NCBI RefSeq assembly: GCF_037042905.1
Contig: NC_087250.1
Coordinates: forward strand, 19,346,001 to 19,410,000
Length of the DNA stretch: 64,000 nucleotides
DNA from: Lytechinus pictus
Taxonomy: Eukaryota
Direction: 5' to 3'
Shown here: one piece after another, positions 38,286-53,088 of the stretch
Layout of the letters: each line of letters starts with the position of its first letter
Numbering within the stretch: position 1 is the first letter of the stretch
Made by a program: the position numbers and the translations under genes
Notes under the pieces: model-generated
Told to the model about the DNA's origin: nothing
Seen by the model: only the letters and a program-made list of their open reading frames with translations
Database searches by the model: none

Positions 38286-39079
38286 ATATCACAGAATCAG
38301 CGTTTAGACGACCTTCATTCCAATGCTGTTTCTCCTCAGATTCGGGCCAATCCAGTGCGCATCACTAGTGCGCAGTTTGACAGAGGAAGTTTTTCGCACG
38401 TGTTTCGGCTCTCGAAAAATCTTTTGCTTCCAGAATTCAGTCTAACTTTTATACCTAATTTTGTTTAATTCTATCATATAGGGTCCATATGCTTCTATTC
38501 ATCTTGTTAGTTTATCCAAAATAGTGTTCGGAAGTGAATTTCAGCGTAGATCCAATTTAATATTGACACTCTATACTCAACAACAACTGAGATCATTGTC
38601 TGTCCAGTTAATTCATTTACTAGAACTTGAAGTTGAAGACATGACCAAAAAATGAAAAGTAGTGGACGATGCGATGACCAACACGGAACTTGAACATGAC
38701 AAGAAATGCATGCAGAATAATCATGTACATACAATGAGCATATAGAGAGCCTTGAGCTTGGCAAGAGTCAAACCGAAAGTAGCCCGACACAGTGAGGTCA
38801 TATAATCATGATTCAAATCACGATATATCGTTTATTCGAACATTTTCGTACGTGATTCTGCAGAAACGTCTTTCCAAACGCCCCTTTTTTCGTGTTTCAT
38901 GTTTGTGATTCTAATCATGATTATATTCAATTTCGACTAAACGCAATCGTGATTCTGCAGAATCATGATTTGAATCATGATTCAGATCATGATTCTAGGG
39001 TGAAAAAGTGGCGGATAAACGCACCCTAAGAGCCTGCTATGGAGTTCCGTGTATACACGCGGTGAAGTGCAACTTTTTT

Positions 39080-39106
39080 CTTCTTCCTTCTTTCCTTTCT
39101 TCCTTC

Positions 39107-39140
<34 letters not shown>

Positions 39141-39176
39141 AATTTCTTTCCTTCTTTCTTTCCTTCTTTCTTTCCT

Positions 39177-39252
<76 letters not shown>

Positions 39253-39268
39253 TCCTTCTTTCTTTCTG
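39080..39268. repeat. (TTTC)n microsatellite
   Basis: Direct inspection. Confidence 0.95.
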
Positions 39269-40060
39269 TCTGGATGTTTTTTTTTTCTGAACGTTAGGAC
39301 TGTATCAATGCGCGAGTGAACGGCATGCATCCCATATTTTCTTGCTGGACGGACTATGGGATGCATCGCAGCGCTGAGGGCGGTCCCTGCATGCAAATTA
39401 GCATACCGTAATTTTTATTCGCTTATTTTCCTTATTTCGAGGTCGATTTTCTTCGTTCGAAATTGAAAAAGGACTTATATTGGATGTCTGAATACAATAT
39501 GCCTTTGGAAACGTAATTAAATATCGAATACAATAATTTCATTCCGAAGGTCCTTCTACAGGCAGAGAAGTCTTACATAATAGCACAGCTGTTGTTTATC
39601 ATTTCGTCCTTGGCTTTACTGGCCTGTGGAGGTGAAATTGAGACAACGGGGATTACCTGGCCAAGATGGGTTTATCGGGGCTTGGAAATGTTCAAATGAA
39701 AAATGAGAGTTTCAAATGAAAAATGGGGTCTAAAACCGCGCAGTTTGCGATCAATCGTAACTATGGCAAGCCAGCAAAGTCTACATACGAAATGCATGTT
39801 TGATCCAAAAAAATTCTAGATATGAATGCATATCCATAAATTCATTGATTTCTTGACAATTTGGGGTGTTCTCCTTTGATTACAAAGGACATTTTGCAAA
39901 TTTCCTGTAGAAAAAATTATGACACTGATGGATTTCCATAGAGTTACGATTGATCGGATCAATCGTAACTCTTTGTACAACGGGGCCCTGGACTGCGGTG
40001 ACTACACACAAGATTAAATTAATTGATTTTAATGAGTGAAACAAAAAATAATTCCTAATT

Positions 40061-42191
40061 AGGTGGTCTGTCATGAATATGACAGATCACCTATTATATT
40101 CGTCAGATTTTACTTTATTTATTTTTATTGCCAAATTTTGTTCCCACTTTATCTCCAAATCGGGCTTGTCAAATTTCTTGATTTTCATGTCATGTATGGA
40201 AATTATTATGGAATCGCGAAACGAAACTTTTCAAGGTTATCAAATCATGATGACGTCATCTAGGCGCCATTTTGTAAAAATAAATTATTGATCATATCAT
40301 CGCAACTAATCATAAAAAATCATCCATATTTGCATCATATCAAGTTCAGGTGACAGGTCATCAGGACATGTCATCAGAGGTCATGCAAAGGTCACGACGC
40401 GCACGTACGCGCGGTTCAAAATTTAAAAATTCCCCAAATCAACCGTGGTCAAGTTTGGGTACGTTTCAGGTCATTTTGAGCATGTCAAGAATTTGCACGC
40501 GCACAGGTATGCGTGCGCGTTCTTGCACCTACCATCGGTATGCATCTTCGAGTCGTCATTTATTTTATGTCTGTTCATTGTCCATTATCTTCTGATTAAT
40601 TTGATACCTCATTCAGCCTCTTACGACCAATAATACGGGAATGCGCGTCCATTCAAATTTGCATTACACGCGCGTGCAAACTCGCAAAATAAGTCATAAG
40701 TGGGCAAAAATATGCCTATATAAAATTCACTGTAGCTCTTCAGGGAGTCCGTTGACCCCCAACTTTTCCTCATTCTTGGATATAGTCAAAATATTGTGTA
40801 ATAACGTTAAAATTACGTTAGAAGTGAAAATAACACATTTTCGCAATTACGTCAACGTATTTATGCATATTTGACCGTATCTTCGTTATTACTAGTCAAT
40901 TTTCTTTCAAATTTTGATATGATGTAGTGAAAAGAATTTTCTACAAATAATGTGTGATTGATTTTCACTTTCAACCACAGCATCAGAGTGTTATCACCTG
41001 TTTAAGTTTTTGCAAATTTTTTCTGGACCTAATTTTTGAGAATTCTTTTAAGAAAATGCTTTATTAATCAATTGTACGGTCTTGCTGAAAATATCAAGCC
41101 CACTTGCCTTGCGATTTTTTATGTAGGACATTTTTTAAATATTGCCGGAACATTTTAAGGGGTAGTTTTTACATTATAAAACATCATTTATGCATTTTTG
41201 GGGAAACGCTACAATATTGAAACGCTATTTGGTTGATAAATTTCATTCTAGACATTTTGCGGAAACTCCTGGATTTTTTTCTATTTGGTTATTTTCTCTA
41301 AATATAACATATAACAAATTTTCAGATACCTTCTGTGAAATTAAAAATAGTGCAATTTAGTAAAATACTCATTTTCCCGAAATTTTGCGGGAAAATTGCC
41401 AGTATTTGAATCTTTTACCTGACTTTTTTCAGTAAAATCATCAAGAAAGAATTTTCAAGTAAATGTTTAAGTCATACACAATTAATAAATGGACATTGAA
41501 AATTCTTGACGGAAAATATTATGTGAAATGTTTAGGAATTTGCAGAAATTTTGCAAACATTTCCCCTAAAAAAAATCTACTTAATTCTTTTATCAAATAC
41601 ATCACTGATGAGTTTTGAAGTGAATGCTGTGAAATTGTATCATTGCGAAACTTCTCATTATAAAAAATAATTGAAAATTTGCAGAAATTTTGAATAAAAA
41701 TATTTAAGATATTTTAGTTTTTAAAAAGTATCACCTATGAATTTTCAAGCTTTCTGTGAAATTGATACCCACTGACATTGTGAAAATTCTTGCTTGAAAT
41801 CTTAAAAGAAAAATTGCTGACAGTAGAAAGAAATTTTAAAAAGATTATGCATAAAAAACATGAAACTGTCCATTTAAAATTAGCTACTCTGAAAATGAAG
41901 GCGCTTTTTATTGCGCAATTTTGGAAAGCCAATTTCGGTAAATCGTCTAAAATTTTTGAGGACTTATTAAGGCATTTTACGTGCTCCAAACTTAATTTCG
42001 TATTTACCGTATTGCATTATCACCACCATCATTATAATCATCACGGTTGTCATCACCACATTAATAATCACATTTAGCAATGGTCAAAATGTATTCCTAT
42101 GATGTCTATGATCAAGATTATCAATCATATCTAAATGATTCATTTCATACAAATTAGCCGACACTGAATGAAAAATCATGACAGACCACCT
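40061..42191. mobile_element. Non-autonomous DNA transposon, 4-bp TSD AATT (Sola-like)
   Basis: aatt|aggtggtctgtcatga ... tcatgacagaccacct|aatt; absent from copy A. Confidence 0.8.
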
Positions 42192-44886
42192 AATTCGTCC
42201 TCATGACGAATTAAAATCTAGTTTGTATTGGATGTGTACACAAATTCATGTTTTTGAGCAATTTTGGGTCTGCGTTCCCTTACAAAATGTACCTTGCTTA
42301 ATTTCAGAACTGCTAGGGCTAGCGATTTTGATCTCAAACGTTGCATGAGACTTGAAAGTAAAGTCATTGACTGATGTGTTAAAAAATGTGATTTATCGCA
42401 AAAAAATATTTTATAAGGATTATAAGGATTAAATCTCAAGTAGTGTAGTGTAGTGTCGACAATTTTTTGGGATGGGAGAGGTAAAAACGCAAACATAGAA
42501 TTAGAAATCATACAGAAAAATTTAAAAAGTTGAATCGATTGCACTTTAACTTTCAACCACCTTCAATAAATACAAAGCAACACATGTCAAGTTCATATTA
42601 TACATATTTATTGAAGATGATGATAACTTGAATCCTAAGATTCTGCTAAATTGTATTTATATTTATGTTATTTGTTTGTATTTTATCAACTGAACATGTC
42701 AAAAATATAAGTCAATGTTTACAACTATTTTACTTACTTCAAACCCCTTGGACAGTTTACAGTATATACATACATCCAAACATTTCTCGATCCTTATAAT
42801 GTACTCACTCACTCACTCACCCATCAATTGGATCTTCATTTAAAAAGAAACAATCCATTTACTGGTAAGCACGAGTTAACCCATCCAATGGACATGTATA
42901 TTGTATTACCAGTTGTGAGAATTGTGTTTTCTATTCGCAATTTTCTGCTTCCCTCGCTTTATCTTCCTATACCTTGTATAGCTCTGACTACCTTTTTTTC
43001 TATTTATTTGATTCACCCGCTCTCTCACACTTTCTCATACACTCCATCTTGTTTTATCTCCCCTGAGTACCACTCTCTCTCCCTCTCTCTCTCACCCTCT
43101 CCTATTGTTTTTCTCCCGACTCTCTTTCTCGATCATTCGTTTGTTTTCCCCTCTCAATTTATTTTTCTTTTGTAAGTGCACATTCTATTTATACTTCTTA
43201 ATATTTAATTGTAATACATATTTGGGATTTGTTATAGGCCACCTATTGTGTAAACATTGTTACTACAATTCAGAATTTCTTGTATTGTAATAATGTTTTG
43301 TATTTTAACCATTTTATACAGTACTTTGTAAATCATTTTGTATCTGCTTGCTCGAGATTACGATGATGAATAAATAAATAAATACCATTATATATAACTT
43401 GATGACAGATAACAAAAGCGCAGATGTAACTATATTGATGACTTTACTCTCAAGATGAAGGTAGGATAAACTCTGCAAACTGACATCAATTACATATTGA
43501 TATATTATTGAATGTGAGATATGTCTTATCACAAAATTAAGTTCAGTTTATTTTTCACATTCCTATAAAAATGTTTGGAAAAAGCAACAATTTACTTTAT
43601 AAGCACATCAATTCATAGCATATATAACGTATACACAGAGGATGAACATATAGAAAACAAAATACATTATAAAAATGTGGAGGGTCAAAAGAAGTAAATT
43701 AGAAACTTAAAAGATTGACCCTAATTTTAGCAAATTAAAGTGGGAGAAAATACAGTGACATAAAAGATATGTACAAATGAAATAGAAAATAGAAAAAGCA
43801 AATGTGTGATTAAATTGAATTTAGATAATTTCTTAAGAGATATAGGATATAAGCAAGATTTAAAAATACTAAGTAATTTGCACTGTTAAAGTTCATGAGG
43901 CATCTAAAAACAAAAATTATATATATTGCATGAAGGTTTACATAATACATTAATCAGTAATGAGGGGAAAGAAACAGATCCTGAATTTGGTTTCCCTAAA
44001 TGACGTAAATAAGAATCACTTTCTTGACCTGGTGTTAAGATTCTTTCCAATGGTGATAAAAAAAATAATAATGTTGTCTTTTTTAGATTTTCCATCCGAT
44101 AACCAAAAATCATATTTAATTATTTTAATCATTTTTCATACTAAGAATGTTGTTTATGAATTTCGTGGTGCCACTGACATATTTTCTTTCACTGCATTAA
44201 ATTTTTTAAAAATGATTTTTTTTAGTTATTTTAACAGCATTTGTATAATTGTTTTTCTATATTTTCCATTTTTACATAATTTTTTTATGAACTTTTTTTT
44301 AAATATGAATTTAAAACAAACAATTATATACTTTTCTTCACACATTCTAACATATGAAAAATGATGAAAATTCATAATTCATTTTTTGAAATTGACATGA
44401 AATGAAATACTCCGAAAATTTGCTTTGCCCAATTGATCGTGGGGCCCGGCAGCCGCTGTGCAGCGGCAGATCGACGAGGCTCTATCCCTTTAATTGTTGA
44501 ACGCAAAAAGGTAGCAGCAACTACCATTTTTTAACGTCTTTTGGTCTGACGCGGCCGGGGTTTGAACCCCAGACCTTCTGATTGTGAGACGGACGCTCTA
44601 CCAACTGAGCCAACACACCGGTATTGGTCTGTCTCCCAATGCTGATCACATGCATATTGCTCAACTACAAAGAATACAAGAGCTTTTTTCTTCTTTCTGA
44701 TTCACAAAAAACTATTCCACAGGATGCACTTCTATCTGATGTCGTGTAAATTAAAAAATGTTAAAACTGTATTCATCAGAAACGTCTGTGAATAAGTTTT
44801 GTGAGGAAAGATGTGCATCTAATTTTTGTCGCACATTGAAGACATACATATGCTACTTTATTCAGGAGTCAACTGTCTGTTGTTAA

Positions 44887-45481
44887 AGGGGAATCCAGCC
44901 TTGGCCATAAAATGTTGTGTTGGGAGGAAGAAAAATAAATTAAACAGAATGGTGAAAGTTTGAAAGAAATCAGACAAGCAATAAGAAAGTTATAGCTGCT
45001 TTAAAATTGAGATCACTAATACTATGTAGATTTCAAATTGGCAACTGAGTAAGTAAATTATGACAAGGGGCAAGGACAACTTTCCCATAGGCCATGTACT
45101 TTATTATCAGGGATTTGTGGTTTTCTTTTAAGTATCCATTCCCCTGGGGCAGTAATCTAACTACAACCCAGGTAGTATATTGTTTTATGTCCTCATGAAA
45201 GAAAAATATAATTTGAAATAAAACTTTTGGAAAAAATGACATTTTAGCCATAATGTATATTGGAGTACATGGGAGAGTAGTTCTTGCCTTACATCACTAT
45301 GACATCACATATGCGGCCAATTTGAAGTCTCCATGGGTATAGTGATTACCAATATTTACAACTTTTAAAAATTCATAACTTTCTTGTTGTTTGTCCAATA
45401 TTGTTAAAACTTTCACTTATCAACTTGTCTGATTTTTCTTTTCCTTATAAAAACAAGTTTTTATTTGGGTTGGATTCCCCT
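44887..45481. mobile_element. Kolobok-like MITE (TTAA) in putative 3' UTR of ZNF copy B
   Basis: ttaa|aggggaatcca ... tggattcccct|ttaa; empty site gttgttaaaacagtgg in copy A (~10305). Confidence 0.85.
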
Positions 45482-45794
45482 TTAAAACAGTGGACTCAAG
45501 TGTACTTTACCATGGCAACAGACGTATATTTGGGACATTGAAAATTTGTCTTTTGCAAGTAGATTTGTAATTTATACAGGAAATTTGCATAAACCATTTA
45601 CCGATGGCTTTCAAAACTACCTTTGTGAATTTGGACTATTGGGTTTGGATTTGTTCATGTTTTTACTGATGACAAAATGCCCTGCCATATTGTTACTGTT
45701 AGAGCTTCTCAACTGTATGAAATTGCATACGTCTTCTGAGATTGCTTTCAAGAAAACAAAAGCTTCACCGCACTACTCACATGCAATGGGCTTC

Positions 45795-46741
45795 TCACTT
45801 GTGCTTAGTTGTAATGTGTTTTTTGAGAGTGCTACTTTGACGAAATGCCTCATCACAAAAATGACATTCATAAATCTTTTCACCGGTATGGATTCGTTTA
45901 TGCATTTTTAGATCACAAGCATAATTAAATGCCTTACCACAATAAATACAAACATAGGGTTTGTCAGAATCATGAATTCTTTTATGTGATATGAGATGAC
46001 CAGCACTATAAAATGCCTTGCCACATTGATCACAGAGATAATTTTTCTCACCTGTATGGATCCGTTTATGTGCTTTGAGATTAGAGGAAGTACGGAAGGC
46101 CTTATTACAATAATCACAAACAAAGGCCTTACCACTAGTATGATATAGTTTATGTGCGCGGAGACGACATGGTAGAATAAATGCCTTACCACAATGATCA
46201 CATACATAGAGTTTCTCACCTGTAGGAATTCTTTTACATGTATGTGCTTTAAGAGCGGAAGCAAAATGGAAAGTCTTATCACAATAATCGCAAACATGCA
46301 CTTCATAATGGATTTGTGCATGGGCTTTGAGAGCACTTGCTTCATAGAATGCTTTGTCACAATAATAACAAACATAGCGCTGATCACCTGTATGAATTCT
46401 TTCACCTGCTATGGCATCCCCAACTTGATGATTAATTACCTTCTCACATTGTCTGGAGATGTAAGAATTCCTTTTTTGCTTTTCACTCGATTTCCTAAGA
46501 TACATTACATATTTAGTCTTCCTTCCTATTTTTGCACTTCCTGTTTCATCATGTGAAGGCTCTTTGGGTTTATCAAAAGGGTTTTGTATTTCTCCATTGA
46601 TGATCTGCAGAAAACGTGAATGGGATGAATCTGGTACCAGAATACCACCATTATGACCATGTTTGTACTTGAGATGCCTTGCTAAGATGAGAGGAATAGC
46701 ATAGGGAGATCCACAGTACTTGCATCTGCAGATCCCAGAAC
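45795..46741 (-). CDS. ZNF gene copy B, last exon: isolated finger + 7-finger C2H2 array
   Basis: Acceptor ctttaacataag|GT at 46741; open frame continuous with ORF 45795..46505; lacks copy-A fingers 5-7. Confidence 0.9.
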
Positions 46742-49700
46742 CTTATGTTAAAGAAACAAAGATATATCTAGTGTTATAAATATTGGAGTTGGTGAAACTG
46801 GTAAGTAATGTGGAAGTCTGAAATAAATTCCAGAGATTTGTGTTATGGGGGCCTCAAGAGCAAATTAAGGATATTGACCAAGAGAAGACTAAGTACAGTG
46901 TCTGAGCTGCCAAAGTAGTTTGAGGTGAAGGTAGGTGTGCTTGAAGGTTCTGTACTGTCACCATTGCTAATTGGAATTAGTGGTTTGAGAGGCACAAAAA
47001 TGTGTTTTTAGTGGAATATGTCACGCAGTATGGACCCTTCTTTTTTTTTTTGCTTGTCAATTTTTCTTGGAACAAAATTACATTGATTTGGCGGTGAAGA
47101 TCCTTTTTTTGCTTGTCAAAATTTTCCTGGAACAAATATCCTCTATTTGGCAGTGAAACCCTTTTTTTTGGGGGGGGGGAGGTCACATTGTTCATGGAAG
47201 AAATTACCTCAATTTGGTTGTGAAAACATTTTCTGTGTCAAAATTTTCTGAAAAAAAGACCCCCGCCCCCTTTGGAAAATCCTTTATCCGCTCCTCCCCT
47301 ACATACACCTTAGTAAAATAACCGGTAAGTAATGTGGAAAAACTGGTAAAAGTACCAGTTTGGAACAAAAGTTGGAACAAAATTTTGTTCCAAGAAAAAT
47401 TGACAAGCAAAAAAAAGAAGGGTCCATACTGCGTGACATATTCCACTAAAAATATATTTTTGTACTTGTCTTAGTCTTAGATTTGAATGAAATGGCGTAG
47501 CCTACCCTAGACCTAAATCAGGTCTATTTGAACAGGATACCCTGGGCCCGGCCTGGGCTGGGGTGGTAATTTGAAAACGTTTTTAGTGTTTACTTCATTC
47601 AAATGTGATGTGATTCTAAAGTTATACAGGCCCAGCATAAAACAGATCCAGCTATATACAGCTGTAGAAATATGTGGTTGGAATCATTTTACTTTTATAA
47701 ACAGAGTGAGGTAGGCCTATGCCTCTATGTGATCGATTGAGAATGAAGTTTCGGGTCCAGATAACTTTTTTATAATAACTAGTTTGGAATATTCATACAT
47801 AGACCTGGGATATGGGCAGCTGGAAATTTCAAAAATATTGTTTAAGAAGAGTAATTTTATTATCTCTAAAACTCTCAAATTTAAATTGTCAATTGCAGAT
47901 CCAATGGGACCAAGTTCTTAGCAGTTCACACCTAGTCAGAAGTACACAATTGAGAACCATGCCGATCAGCAAGTGTTATTTACAATCTAATGAGGAACAG
48001 GATATCTGAATGGAAAAATTGCAAGGTATGCTTACTGTTTTGATAATATACAGGCTGTATCTAAGCTCATCACCCCCCCCCCCAAAAAAAAAATAAAAAA
48101 ATATTCCCCCTTTTTTGGGAGGGGGTGGGCTATGGCCAATTGTGCTGAAACATGATGCAATATCATGTAATGTTAAAGTTCCATTGTGAGTAAATATTTG
48201 TTTGAATTCAGATTCACCAGTATTTCCATTTTTAACACTGCATACCAATTATCCATATCTCCTGTCTATACATGCATTTGCATAAAAAACCCAAGATATT
48301 AACAGTTATCACAAAATTGTGATAAATATTTGAATTAATTTGCACTCTTTATTTTCAAAACATACTGTAGATAGTTATATTGATATATGAATTTATCTGG
48401 ATGTGGGACGAAAGTGACTGCATGTGCTAAACTTGTTTTATCACTGAAGATATAAAATAGGGTTTACATCTTTTTTTTACTAAACTGGACTAGATGAGTA
48501 AAAATAATTTACAGCTTATTTTGTTCTTTTCTCTTTTTTACCATGCAGGTTTCCCACTTCCTAAGCTGTTTAAGTACTGGTATCACAACATAAGTGCCAA
48601 GAAGAGATATGAAATGGTCTCAAAAATTTTGCTGGTGCCCCCCCCCCCCCCACCGATGCCGTGACCCATGGTACGCCACTGCAAGTCTTCATAAATTATG
48701 TAGGGTTATTAAGTTGCATTTATTGTTATCTTCATTTTTAAAAAATGTGAAATGGGCTACCACTGCAATAATATATAAATAGACTATATTTCAAAAATAG
48801 ATTGAATTCTAACCACAGTGACAGTAGACAAATCAAATTTTGTTAATGATTCGCTAATGTATTGATTGGGGAAGGCACTCTTTAGGATTCTGGCATTGTG
48901 TCCCCCCCCCCCCCCCCCTTATGAGGAGTGCTCTCACATCAGTAGACTATTTCTTGTCAGCAAATTTGAAAGGAATTTACCAATTTTTTTGAGTGACAAA
49001 CTTTTGTGGAAGAAAATAAACGAATATCAAAGGTTTTTATGCTCTTTTATGGAATATTAACTATAGGCTCATCGAGATCCTTTGAATGAAATTTTAACAA
49101 ACATTGTACAATGTAGAAAAATGTACTTAATCCTATTTTTGTACATTTATATACCCACCCCATACTACCCCTACCCAGTAACAGCCCTTTTTAGCTATGT
49201 ATTGCCTTCATTTTTAAAAATACAATTTAATGCTTGGTAGATGCTAATTATTATTTTTATGTTAATGTCAATGTTTTAGAAAATGGATTCCTTAATAAAC
49301 ATGTTAATTTTGAATTGAATTTTTTTATCTTGGTAATTTTCATTTATCAATTAATTGTGATGATATATTGCTTCTGAGCTGTTATGCACAAATGGCACAA
49401 GATGTTGCACTGTACTGAAATGTGATGATGCCACTGTTACATGAGATCAAACAGCAGTCAATTAAAATATTATTCAAGAAAAATAAGGATAAGAGTGGGA
49501 AAGAAAGTAAAATGACAGGAGAATTATTTGCTTGTATGCATATAGTTATGTCAGTTCCTGATAGAGAGACAGACAGAAAGAGAGAGAGATGGGGGGGGGG
49601 TGAAAGTTCAGTTTGTTTTGAAAGAAGCAATTATAACACCTTACTGTTCATGACGGGTAATGGGGGGGGGGGGCTAATTATTTCTCCAAATTTTTTAAAC

Positions 49701-50679
49701 CTACATATAAAATGTATTTTTTCTTTCCAAATGAAAATTACACCAGATTCATTTTTAAGTTGAAAATAAAAAAGAAATAGCCTACGATCGGTTTGCTCTC
49801 TTGCCTTTTTAATTTTGAGAACCCCCTCCCCCCTAAAATATGGTATATACCTAGGTCATGATTATTGAGGTTTGAAATAGAAGTCGCCATTTAAAATTAA
49901 GTGCTCCGAGGACTGCTATTCATAATAGGACTTATATTGGAGACTACAATTATGGAAAAGAATTTGATTTGTTAATTATTATCTTTGTTTATATTATGAA
50001 AAGAGGTTCATTTCGTTTTCTGCAATAAAAAGAAAAAGGGCTCCAGAAACCTAAAGAGATGTCATCGTATATGGCAACATTTTCTTTGGGAACCTCCTCT
50101 GTAATATTTTTTAGCAAAGATCCTGGCCATTTGCAGCTAAAACAAAGCAAATATGCAGTAATAATCGTAACAAGCAATAACAAATAGATCATTAAAATAG
50201 ATGAATAATAAAACTCTGAGGAGGAAAAAAACGAATGATCTGACATGATGTTATCACTGACAGACACCATAAACGATATTAATCAGGTCGCGCATTATGC
50301 TAATTAGTGACAAAATACTAATTTACATATTTTTACACTATGCGCGAAGGACGTTCCGTGACCACGCCTTCATTTCGCTGGTGTACCAAAACAGTGGCGG
50401 TGTCCATAGGCTTGTATACGAAAAATGGGAGCAGTGTGCACTTTTGACCCTCCAAAATTTTCTTCAATTCTGACCGGATGCAGAAGCGGAGTTTCACCCC
50501 CCTGTCCTAATGAAAGACTAGACAGGGGCATGGACAGAAATTTCTGTGGGCCTGGGCGTGCTAGTCAGACATGCATTGTTTTGTAAACGATTAAAAAAAC
50601 GTGATGAAATAATAAAATGCTTGTATTCTTTCGGTGATTTGGACACAATATTTTAATAAAAAATAATGAGGTTGTATAT

Positions 50680-52805
50680 GGGCAGGACCAAGCTATTTGA
50701 CTTGTGACCTACAGGACATTTAGAGAATTTAAAGGAGAATGAAACTCTTGGAGCAAGTTAGCTTTTGTGAAAGCAGAAAAATCAAAGAATAAGATCAACA
50801 AAACTTTGAGAAAAATAGGACTAGCAATAAAAGAGTTATGAGCATTTGAATGTCGAGATCACTAATGCTATGGAGATCCTCCCATTGGCAATGCGACCAA
50901 GATCTGTGATGTCACACACGTACAACTCTCCCATTTGGACACTGAAAATATACCCCAAAACATCTCTTTTTGCTCATTCTAATCATATGACAAACGATTC
51001 ATCAATGATATAATGTTGTGAAACCTCTGTACTTGTCATCTCATAAAGAGAACACCTCACCTTGTGATAGACTCTATAAAAGTGAGAATATAAGTGAAAT
51101 TAGTACTAAAGTAATGAGGGAGTTGTACGTGTGTGATATCACAGATCTTGGTCGCATTGCCGTTGGGAGGATCTACATGGTACTAGTGATCTCAATATTC
51201 GAATGCTCATAACTTTCTTATTATTCATTCAATCTTCCTCAAACTTTCAACAATATGTTTCTTTGATTTTTCTCTTTGATATGGATTCAGCTGGTTTCAA
51301 GGGTTTCATTCTCCTTTAAAGTCGTATAACATAAAAAGTAAATGCATAACAGAGAACCTTTTATGGATTGGGAAGGCCAATTGTGCCCTCTTTATTCAGT
51401 AAAAAACTTATTGATCTACAATTCCATTAACGATGTAATATTTCAATTTAATGCGCTGTGACATACGGGACCAGAAAAAGGCTTGATTTTTTTTTTTAAT
51501 TTGTCATTAAAACTCTGTGAATTGGAATGAGGTGGAAATCTCTCAGTATCATGTTTTCATCTTGTATCTTATCAAGTTTCATTAGCCAAAAATGAAATGA
51601 TATAACTCATTGTTGTTATTATGTAATAGTGCAAAATATAAACATCCCCGCTGTGACGTATGGGACATGTGACGTACAGGACATTTGTCCATGTGTTAAA
51701 CGAATGGGAAAGTGAAATTTCATCAAAATTTATAATTAACTTGATGTAAACCAGAGTAAGTTAAGTTTTACATGGATTATCTTGATTGATATATATTTAT
51801 TTAATAGTAGACAATGAAACAAAACATAGCAAAAACTTTATGACCTTATAAATATTATGAACGATGTCTTGCAAATAATTGCGTGTTAGACGAATGGGGA
51901 AAGTGAAATTTCATCAAAATTTATAATTAACTGGATGTAAACAAAAGTAAGTTTTACATGGATTATTATGATTGATATATATTTCTATTATAGTATATGA
52001 TGAAACAAAAAATAAACTTTTTATGGCCTTATAACTATGAAAAATTTAATTAATAACATAAGACATATGTTAACAAGTATGTTAATATATGCACCTTTGT
52101 TATTTATTACAAATCATAACTTTATGACAAGCCTTTTACCAATATTCAACCAGTAATGTAGTATCATTTATCACAATTTACTTTATCAGAGCTACTTCTA
52201 ATTGAAAAATAACTCTAATTAAAATTACATAGAAATCCTATGCATAAAGTATGGTGTGTCCCGTACGTCACACATTTGTCCAGTACGTCACAAAGCTTAA
52301 TTAGCTGATATAATTAAACATGAAATTAATTCAGTAAATTCACTTCAATTTTTGGATGTATAGTAATATAAATTAGAACTCTCCAAAGTTTGAAGAAAAC
52401 TGTTCAACTTTTCCTTAATTATAATCTAAAAAAACATATATGCTAAATTGTGACGTACGGGACACTGCCTATTGGACACCAGATAATTAACTTAATTAAT
52501 AAATTTTCAAAATCATTTTTTTCAAATGTTTGTAGTTACTTAGCACTACAAGTCCCCACATAAGTATTTCCACATATATCATTTGCATTATCTGCAGATT
52601 AAAAAATGTGATGTCCCGCACGTCACGCTAATTAATGATTTCTTGGAATTGTGACCTTGGGATTCATTAACTTTACGTTTTCAGAAGAAAAAAAAATATA
52701 GGGAAAAAAACTTCAGAGTATAAGCTTTAAAATGACATACAATATGTTAGATTTAGGCAAAGATTTAATTTTGGCTTCAGAGGGGACAATAGCTTGGACC
52801 TGCCC
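50680..52805. mobile_element. Non-autonomous DNA transposon, 4-bp TSD ATAT (Sola-like), containing a Kolobok-like MITE at 50733-51315
   Basis: atat|gggcaggaccaagctatt ... aatagcttggacctgccc|atat; repeated tgtgacgtacgggaca motifs; absent from copy A (~13035). Confidence 0.82.
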
Positions 52806-53088
52806 ATATATAGACTTTATTGGAAAATATATGTAATCAAAGTGAGTTTACGTAGAAATTTCAGATTGAAATCCCGTTTTCCCACGTACTAGATTAAAAA
52901 AAAAATTAAATCTCTGTAACTGTGCATCCAGAAAATAAAGAGATCCAGATAAAGGGAGGCTGGATAAGAGGTCGGATTGTACATAAAACTTCACTGCAGG
53001 CAAAGGATAATTACACAGTCAAAAAGTCAATCAAGTATTCAAAGTCCTTCCTATCATAAAGGTCCGTTTCATTTAAAATCATCTTTAC

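Larger units (their letters stand above)
34595..39026. mobile_element. PIF/Harbinger-like MITE, TSD TAA, with (gaatcatgattt)n subterminal repeats; interrupted by 34682-38285
   Basis: taa|ggctgcgtttatgcg ... cggataaacgcaccc|taa. Confidence 0.8.

Noticed and set aside
39049..39396. ORFs with FFLS/KERK repeats
   Set aside because: Translation of the (TTTC)n microsatellite.
47899..48025. Exon-like segment on + strand (ttgcag|...AAG|gtatgc)
   Set aside because: Stops in all three frames and no linked exons identified.
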